DNA from: an uncultured cyanobacterium
GTDB taxonomy: Bacteria > Cyanobacteriota > Cyanobacteriia > Cyanobacteriales > CAWCAG01
Direction of reading: 5' to 3'
Assembly: GCA_963793425.1 (NCBI GenBank)
Contig: CAWCAG010000005.1
Span: 1,856,001-1,920,000 of the forward strand
Length of the DNA stretch: 64,000 nt
Shown here: in pieces, positions 58,479 to 64,000 of the stretch
Layout of the letters: each line of letters starts with the position of its first letter
How positions within the stretch are numbered: the stretch's first letter is position 1
Made by a program: the position numbers and the translations under genes
Notes under the pieces: model-generated
The model's input: the letters and a program-made list of their open reading frames with translations, nothing else
The model's database searches: none
What the model was told of the DNA's origin: nothing

Positions 58479-59390
58479 TTATACTTTCTGAGCAACAACT
58501 GTACGATGCCTGGGGCTATTAGCAGTGATAGTTGGTTCAGCGAAACCCGCTTCGGTGATAGCTTTGGCTATATCTAAATTAAAATATTGATCTAAATAAG
58601 GTTCTGTACTTTTGAGCAAGGTTAAAATGTAAGGAGGCATTTTGGCATAAACTTGCGATCGCGGATTCATATCCATAAAAGCAAAATAACCTCCTGGCTT
58701 TAAAACACGCTTAATTTCTGACAAAATTTCCTGGGTTGCTTGTTGAGGTAATTCGTGAAATACCAAAAATACCGATACCAAGTCAAAAGCTACATCAGGC
58801 AAGCCTGTATCTTCTGCTGCGGCGTGTTTCCAGTCAATTGCCAGGTTTTTATCCCTAGCACGGTTTTGAGCTACTGTGAGGAAATAGGGAGACAAATCCA
58901 ATCCTGTTATTTTTCCTTGAGGATAAACCTCTTGCAAAGCAAAACTACTCATCCCCACACTACAACCCACATCTAAAATAGCTTCCGGCGAACCCGAAAC
59001 TTGTTCTTTCACCAAGTTGTGATAACTCTGCCGCAACATTGCATCCCCTTTCACCCCAGCATCGGGCCAAATTTTGGCATGAACAGCATAAGCAGCAAAC
59101 TCAACTTCTAAAGCAGCATCCCAACTTAAGTTACCCTTTTCATAAGCATGGAAGGAGCGTAAATAATATTCAGGATAGGTTAATTGAGAATCTTCAACTG
59201 CTGCTAATTCTGAGTCCCAATCATAACTCCGCAACTTTTCTACCCCAGTCCGCCAAGGGACACCCATAGCCTCAGCCCGATCCATCATCATTTTACGGGC
59301 TTGATATTTAGCTAAATTAGCTAGAGGTTTGACTGCTAGTACTCCATTCACAAAACGAGAAGCTAAACCAGGAATAGCGCTTGTAGTCAT
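58479..59390 (-). CDS. Class I SAM-dependent methyltransferase
   Basis: YP.YY...FHAY..GNL.W, ILDVGCSVG, GLDLSPY and FHELP. Confidence 0.92.
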   Translation of the reverse strand: MTTSAIPGLASRFVNGVLAVKPLANLAKYQARKMMMDRAEAMGVPWRTGVEKLRSYDWDSELAAVEDSQLTYPEYYLRSFHAYEKGNLSWDAALEVEFAAYAVHAKIWPDAGVKGDAMLRQSYHNLVKEQVSGSPEAILDVGCSVGMSSFALQEVYPQGKITGLDLSPYFLTVAQNRARDKNLAIDWKHAAAEDTGLPDVAFDLVSVFLVFHELPQQATQEILSEIKRVLKPGGYFAFMDMNPRSQVYAKMPPYILTLLKSTEPYLDQYFNLDIAKAITEAGFAEPTITANSPRHRTVVAQKV

Positions 59391-59487
59391 AGGTTTATGT
59401 CATCTAAATTTTTAGTTATTAAAGCTTATTTTGCCTTAATTAGGAGTCGCTATTACAATTTACCAAAAACAAAAAGGTTTAAAGCAA

Positions 59488-59644
59488 GTAGGGTGGGCAA
59501 AAAATAATATATTTGTTGATTAAACTAAAAGTAAATTTGCCCACCATTATTCTGTAGGCGATCGCAGATTTACTTTTAATTTTGGTGGGCAAGAATAAAC
59601 AAATTTTTGATGCCCATTTTACTTGCTTGGCTTGCCCACCCTAC
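59488..59644. repeat. BIME-like pair of inverted GTAG REP palindromes around a HIP1 site
   Basis: GTAGGGTGGGCAA...TTGCCCACC, then GCGATCGC, then GGTGGGCAAG...CTTGCCCACCCTAC. Confidence 0.8.
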
Positions 59645-59676
59645 AGTGCCATCTAGTTTAGTAAGTTTATCAATTA

Positions 59677-60996
59677 TTAATTGACAACCTCTGCCACTAA
59701 CTTAGGAACAGCCGCCGTCAACACATCATGCCCCTCTGCTGTCACCAAAATATCATCTTCAATGCGAATGCCAATACCGCGCCAACGTTCATCCACTTCC
59801 GGTTGATCTTCTGCTGGTTTAAAATTGGGGGAGATATAAATACCGGGTTCCACTGTCACAACATGACCTGGTTGAAAAGCTTGCCAAACTTCTTCTCCAT
59901 GTTTATAAACTCCCGCATCATGAACATCTAAACCTAACCAATGTCCCGTGCGGTGCATATAAAAGGGTTTGTACTTCTCTTCTTCAATAATTTCTTCTAA
60001 GTCCCCTTGCAACAAACCTAAATCCAACAAACCTTGGACAATTACACAAACGGCAATGTCATGAAACTCGTTATAAGGATTGCCGGGTTTAACCTCTGCG
60101 ATCGCCTTTAATTGCGCCTCTAAAACAATCTCATAAAGTATCTGCTGTTCCTTACTAAACTTCCCTTCCACAGGAAAAGTGCGAGTAATATCGCCATTGT
60201 AGTAACCATAGGAACAACCAGCATCAATTAACAACAAATCCCCGGCTTGCATTTGACAGTTGTTTTCAATGTAATGAAGGATGCAAGAATTCACCCCGGA
60301 AGCCACAATCGAAGGATAAGCGGGGCCTAATGCTCCTTGGCGACGGAAAAAATGCTCTAATTCTGCTTGAACCTCATATTCAAATACCCCTGGTTTCGCA
60401 ACCTCTCTGGCTAAATTATGGGCCTCAGCGGAAATATCTGTAGCTTTACGCAACAAAGCTAATTCCCCAGGACTTTTTACCTTACGCATCCCGTGTAAAA
60501 TCGGCCCTGGATCAGCGATCGCAGTTGGCCCCGTGCCACTTTTTTGATACCCTCTCACCATTCTTTGATAATGGCGAAGAACAGTATTATTAAAGGGGCG
60601 ATCGCGTCCTAAATGGTAATAAATGCGGTCAGCTTTTTGCAAATATTGGGGCAGTTTTTCATTCAACTCTTCCAGAGGATAAGCTTCATCTGCCCCGAAT
60701 TGTTCTTTAGCTGCTTCCACCCCAACACGATAACCCGTCCAAGTTTCTTTTTCCGGGTCTTTTTTCTGCACAAAAAGCACAAAGCGATGTTCTTCATGAT
60801 GAGGGGCCAACACTGCTACGGCTTCTGTTTCATTGAAACCTGTTAAGTAATAAAAATCACTATCTTGACGAAAAGGATACTCTACATCATGGTGCATCAC
60901 CGCCAGAGGCGCACTACAAAAGATGGCTGTACTATTGCCCATCTTCTCCATAAATTCTTCTCGACGCTGATGATATTCTTTTTGTTCTATACCCAT
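59677..60996 (-). CDS. pepP: Xaa-Pro aminopeptidase
   Basis: FRQDSDFYYLTGF, DAG...DITRT, H..GH.LGLDVHD, TVEPG and GIRIEDD. Confidence 0.95.
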   Translation of the reverse strand: MGIEQKEYHQRREEFMEKMGNSTAIFCSAPLAVMHHDVEYPFRQDSDFYYLTGFNETEAVAVLAPHHEEHRFVLFVQKKDPEKETWTGYRVGVEAAKEQFGADEAYPLEELNEKLPQYLQKADRIYYHLGRDRPFNNTVLRHYQRMVRGYQKSGTGPTAIADPGPILHGMRKVKSPGELALLRKATDISAEAHNLAREVAKPGVFEYEVQAELEHFFRRQGALGPAYPSIVASGVNSCILHYIENNCQMQAGDLLLIDAGCSYGYYNGDITRTFPVEGKFSKEQQILYEIVLEAQLKAIAEVKPGNPYNEFHDIAVCVIVQGLLDLGLLQGDLEEIIEEEKYKPFYMHRTGHWLGLDVHDAGVYKHGEEVWQAFQPGHVVTVEPGIYISPNFKPAEDQPEVDERWRGIGIRIEDDILVTAEGHDVLTAAVPKLVAEVVN

Positions 60997-61020
60997 GATT
61001 TTTGATTTAACGATTTAATT

Positions 61021-61791
61021 TCAATAACTCATAACGCGAATAACTGGCCCGTTTTGTGGCAAATTTCCAGGGGAGACTGTTATTGTACTACTTCCAACTC
61101 TACTTACCGAAGTTCCTTCTGTAGTGGTTAAAAACTCATCTACCGGGGCAATATCGCAATTATTAGCATCCGCTTTAGAAGTGCGGTAGTGGGTAGGAAT
61201 AACTAACTTAGGATTGAGTACATCCATAGCCTTTTTCGCTTCCTGGGCATTGTAAGCTTTCTCGCCCCCTCCAACAGGTATCAAAGCGACATCCGGCCTA
61301 CCAATCAGAATCTTTTGTTCTATATCTATCGGTGCTGCTGCCCCCCCTAAATGGAGGATTCTTACCCCTGCTTGAGTCCAACGCCAAGCTACATTAGTAC
61401 CAAACTGCCTACCCCCTTTGCGGTCATGGTCGATACCGATGCCTTGAAACTCTTTACCTTGGAATTCAAAAGCACCAGCTTCATAAAGTACTTTAGGGTT
61501 GCCTGGTAAGCCTTCTGCAGACCCTTCATCGAGAAGAAAGCTACTGATTAAAACTAAATCTGCCCCCACCTTGGGAGGTTGATAGCCAGCAGTACAACCC
61601 AATGCCTTGAAAGGATTGACCAAAACTTGCATACCACCACCACTAAACAAAAAGCAGGTATGGCCTAACCATTTAATGGACAAAGAGCCACCTGTTTGGG
61701 CCTGAGATGGATTTAGCCTAGAGGTTAATATTGTACCTGATGCTGCTAGTAAACTCGCTCCACCGTAACGTATTAACTGTCGTCGTTTCAT
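61021..61791 (-). CDS. Tat-exported MBL-fold hydrolase-like protein
   Basis: MKRRQLI Tat motif; WLGHTCF, LHLG and IPTHY; the HxHxDH motif is degenerate (SSFLLDE). Confidence 0.85.
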   Translation of the reverse strand: MKRRQLIRYGGASLLAASGTILTSRLNPSQAQTGGSLSIKWLGHTCFLFSGGGMQVLVNPFKALGCTAGYQPPKVGADLVLISSFLLDEGSAEGLPGNPKVLYEAGAFEFQGKEFQGIGIDHDRKGGRQFGTNVAWRWTQAGVRILHLGGAAAPIDIEQKILIGRPDVALIPVGGGEKAYNAQEAKKAMDVLNPKLVIPTHYRTSKADANNCDIAPVDEFLTTTEGTSVSRVGSSTITVSPGNLPQNGPVIRVMSY

Positions 61792-61829
61792 TTATGTTTT
61801 TCCTTTAAAAGAGTGCTTTTTTAACTTTG

Positions 61830-62459
61830 TTATACCCTGACCACTTCTTCTTCACTGTTAACAGCTTGCCCCGGCAAAGATGCTAAGAAATTTTGCAAAA
61901 TTTGTTTTCCAGTAGTGGTTAGAATACTCTCTGGATGAAATTGGACTCCTTGAATGTGAGGATAGTTCCTATGCCTCACGCCCATTACCGTACCATCATC
62001 TATCCAAGCTGTTACTTCCAAAGTTTTCGGTAAGGTTGTTTTTTCTATCACTAAACTATGATATCGAGTAGCCCGAAAAGGACTCGTAATATTCTGGAAA
62101 ACTCCTACTCCTTTATGGTGGATTTGGGAGGTTTTGCCGTGCATTAAAGTGGGTGCAGAAATAATTTTGCCACCAAATACTTGACCAATACTTTGATGCC
62201 CTAAACAAACTCCTAAAATCGGTAATTCTGCCCCTAGTTGTTTGATTAAATCTAAGGATATGCCTGCATCATCAGGACGACCAGGGCCGGGAGAAATAAC
62301 GACTCCATGGGGTTTGAGGTTACGAATTTCTTCAATAGTTATTTTATCATTGCGGTATACCCGTATTTGGGAGGCTACAGGTAAAGTTGCCTTAAACTCT
62401 CCTAAATACTGCACCAAGTTGTAAGTAAAACTGTCGTAGTTGTCAATAACAATAATCAA
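61830..62459 (-). CDS. trpG: Anthranilate/aminodeoxychorismate synthase component II
   Basis: IDNYDSFTYNL, SPGPG, GVCLGHQ and QFHPES. TTG start at 62459 preferred; the track extension runs through a heptamer repeat. Confidence 0.93.
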   Translation of the reverse strand: MIIVIDNYDSFTYNLVQYLGEFKATLPVASQIRVYRNDKITIEEIRNLKPHGVVISPGPGRPDDAGISLDLIKQLGAELPILGVCLGHQSIGQVFGGKIISAPTLMHGKTSQIHHKGVGVFQNITSPFRATRYHSLVIEKTTLPKTLEVTAWIDDGTVMGVRHRNYPHIQGVQFHPESILTTTGKQILQNFLASLPGQAVNSEEEVVRV

Positions 62460-62550
62460 GCGGGTATCTCCATTTATCATTTATCATTTATCAAGGGACT
62501 TGATGAATGATAACTTCAAGATCAATAATATTATCCCGCTAGAGGTTTTA

Positions 62551-63081
62551 CTACAGAGAATATATTAAAGTAAATAAGCGTGGTAACAAAATTAGCCCAG
62601 CAACCGACATCGCTGCCAAAGCTGAGATCAATACGGCCCCCGCCGCACAATCTTTAGCAATTTTTGCTAATTCATGATAAGTTTGCTTGACTGTAAGATC
62701 CACTACCGACTCGATAGCTGTATTTAATAACTCTAAGACCAATACTAAAGCGCAAGTTAAGCCGATTACCGCCATTTCTACTGTCGAAACTCTTAAAAAG
62801 AAGCCTAAGCTAACTGCCACACTACCAATTACGGTATGAATACGAAAATTCCTTTGGGTAACAAAGGCATAACGTACCCCAGCCCAAGCATATTTAAAAC
62901 TCAGAAAAAGATTGGGGGCAACCTGCCAAGCGAAGAAACGTTCGGTTTTCTTGGTTTGAGGTAAAGGAGAAAGAGGTTTAGCGTGGTTAGCACTCACCAT
63001 AGAATTTGCGGGTAAAAATTTGTTGACCGGAGAATTACTCGTTCTGGATGGCACTGACCTTTGGTTTAATCTCATAATCAA
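62551..63081 (-). CDS. dgkA: Diacylglycerol kinase (DgkA family)
   Basis: SF.YA..G......QRNFRIH, ELLNTAIE..VD and AKD.AAGAV. Confidence 0.93.
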   Translation of the reverse strand: MIMRLNQRSVPSRTSNSPVNKFLPANSMVSANHAKPLSPLPQTKKTERFFAWQVAPNLFLSFKYAWAGVRYAFVTQRNFRIHTVIGSVAVSLGFFLRVSTVEMAVIGLTCALVLVLELLNTAIESVVDLTVKQTYHELAKIAKDCAAGAVLISALAAMSVAGLILLPRLFTLIYSL

Positions 63082-63094
63082 AGCTTATTTGAGA

Positions 63095-63616
63095 CTACAC
63101 TTTAGTATACTTAGGCAAAAAATTTTGGTTCTGAGGAACAAGACCCACTAGCTTTAATAATGTTTCCTGCACTGAGAGCATTTCTTCCAAGCTGTCTTGA
63201 TCAGGGTGATCCCAACCCAAAAGATGTAGGAAGCCATGACTGGTTAACCAAGCTAATTCAACTTGTAAAGAATGCCTTTGTTCCTGAGCTTGTTTCCAGG
63301 CTGTATCAACAGAAATAATAATGTCTCCAAGATAGAGAGGTTCTGACTTATCTAGTTGAGGCATATTTACTTCTGATGTTGCAAAGGCTAATACATCCGT
63401 CGGTACATTTTTGTTACGGTATTTACAGTTAAGAGTTTGCATTTCGTGGTCGCCAGTCAGACGCAAGCACAATTCATAAGCAATGGCTTCAGGAATCTGC
63501 TCAGATAATTTCCCAAACCACGACTGAAACCAGCTTTGGACAGTTTCTTGATTGATACCAGGATTATTCAGGGAAGAAGTAGAAAAGAAAACATCCTGAA
63601 GACATACTTCAAACAT
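63095..63616 (-). CDS. ybeY: Endoribonuclease YbeY
   Basis: LN..YR....PTDVLAF, LGDI.IS and HG.LHLLGWDH. Start at 63616 preferred; upstream ATGs lie in heptamer repeats. Confidence 0.95.
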   Translation of the reverse strand: MFEVCLQDVFFSTSSLNNPGINQETVQSWFQSWFGKLSEQIPEAIAYELCLRLTGDHEMQTLNCKYRNKNVPTDVLAFATSEVNMPQLDKSEPLYLGDIIISVDTAWKQAQEQRHSLQVELAWLTSHGFLHLLGWDHPDQDSLEEMLSVQETLLKLVGLVPQNQNFLPKYTKV

Positions 63617-63671
63617 TGAACATTGATCATTAAACATTAAACATTTGTTGTTAACAAAAGATAGTCTAAGC

Positions 63672-63878
63672 TTAAGGTTTTGTTAGATAAGAAAGACCGA
63701 TGAAAAAGGCGATTAAGCCAACCGCACTCAGGAAAAAGTGCCGGAGAGATTTGCCGCCTTTGCGTACCATATTTCGCATGGCTAGTTTGGTATAACTAGG
63801 GGGTGGCTCTTTTGGGGTGCTGGTTTCAAGTTCAGAAGGCTCTAAGGTGGTTTGCTCTTGGTCAGAAGGTTGATTCAT
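63672..63878 (-). CDS. DUF3285-family small membrane protein
   Basis: PSY.KLAMRNMVRKG.KSL.HF.L; usual position upstream of ybeY. Confidence 0.88.
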   Translation of the reverse strand: MNQPSDQEQTTLEPSELETSTPKEPPPSYTKLAMRNMVRKGGKSLRHFFLSAVGLIAFFIGLSYLTKP

Positions 63879-64000
63879 GGTTAAAAAGCTAGGTCGATTC
63901 TACTGTTTTTAATTTACCCCAATGTAACAATTTATTGAGCATCAGTAAAAAAAGACCCTTCTTGTTCACTTCTGAAAATTTTGTGGCAACCTGGATAGTA

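Noticed and set aside
240..62424. Many 60-150-aa ORFs antisense to or nested in longer genes
   Set aside because: Shadow ORFs of well-supported genes, with no motifs of their own.
1..64000. CRISPR array or cas genes
   Set aside because: No regularly spaced 25-40-nt repeats with unique spacers; the dispersed elements are kilobases apart.

Overview
Chromosomal window from a cyanobacterium: frequent HIP1 octamers GCGATCGC, psbX, ycf66, crtR and SLH proteins, AT-rich, with heptamer/octamer tandem repeats between genes. Most of it is housekeeping: mrpCDEFG, gatA, tRNA-Pro(GGG), trpS, a Gld-like ABC transporter, psbX-ycf66, three TolB-like lipoproteins, cobO, pnp, an SNF2 helicase, a peroxiredoxin-glutaredoxin hybrid, TpsB, tamB, pepP and ybeY-dgkA-trpG. 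The best candidate for an undescribed system is a translationally coupled two-gene operon at 31939-34655. It encodes a DarB/StlD-like (FabH-fold) ketosynthase fused to a heme-oxygenase-like diiron oxidase domain, plus an uncharacterised His/Glu-rich partner, with no ACP, ligase or DarA nearby. A HIP1-poor accessory island at about 4.6-12.7 kb carries a PhyH dioxygenase-kinase fusion, a HEPN-like Zn-ribbon protein with a recent 249-bp duplication, a broken S1-domain protein and several toxin-antitoxin remnants. Non-coding structure includes at least eight 26-28-nt dispersed elements inserted into tandem repeats, GTAG-type REP palindromes (one inverted pair brackets an SLH gene), and a nonsense-mutated four-helix-bundle gene bracketed by inverted heptamer arrays. 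All family assignments come from motif recognition by eye; no searches were run.
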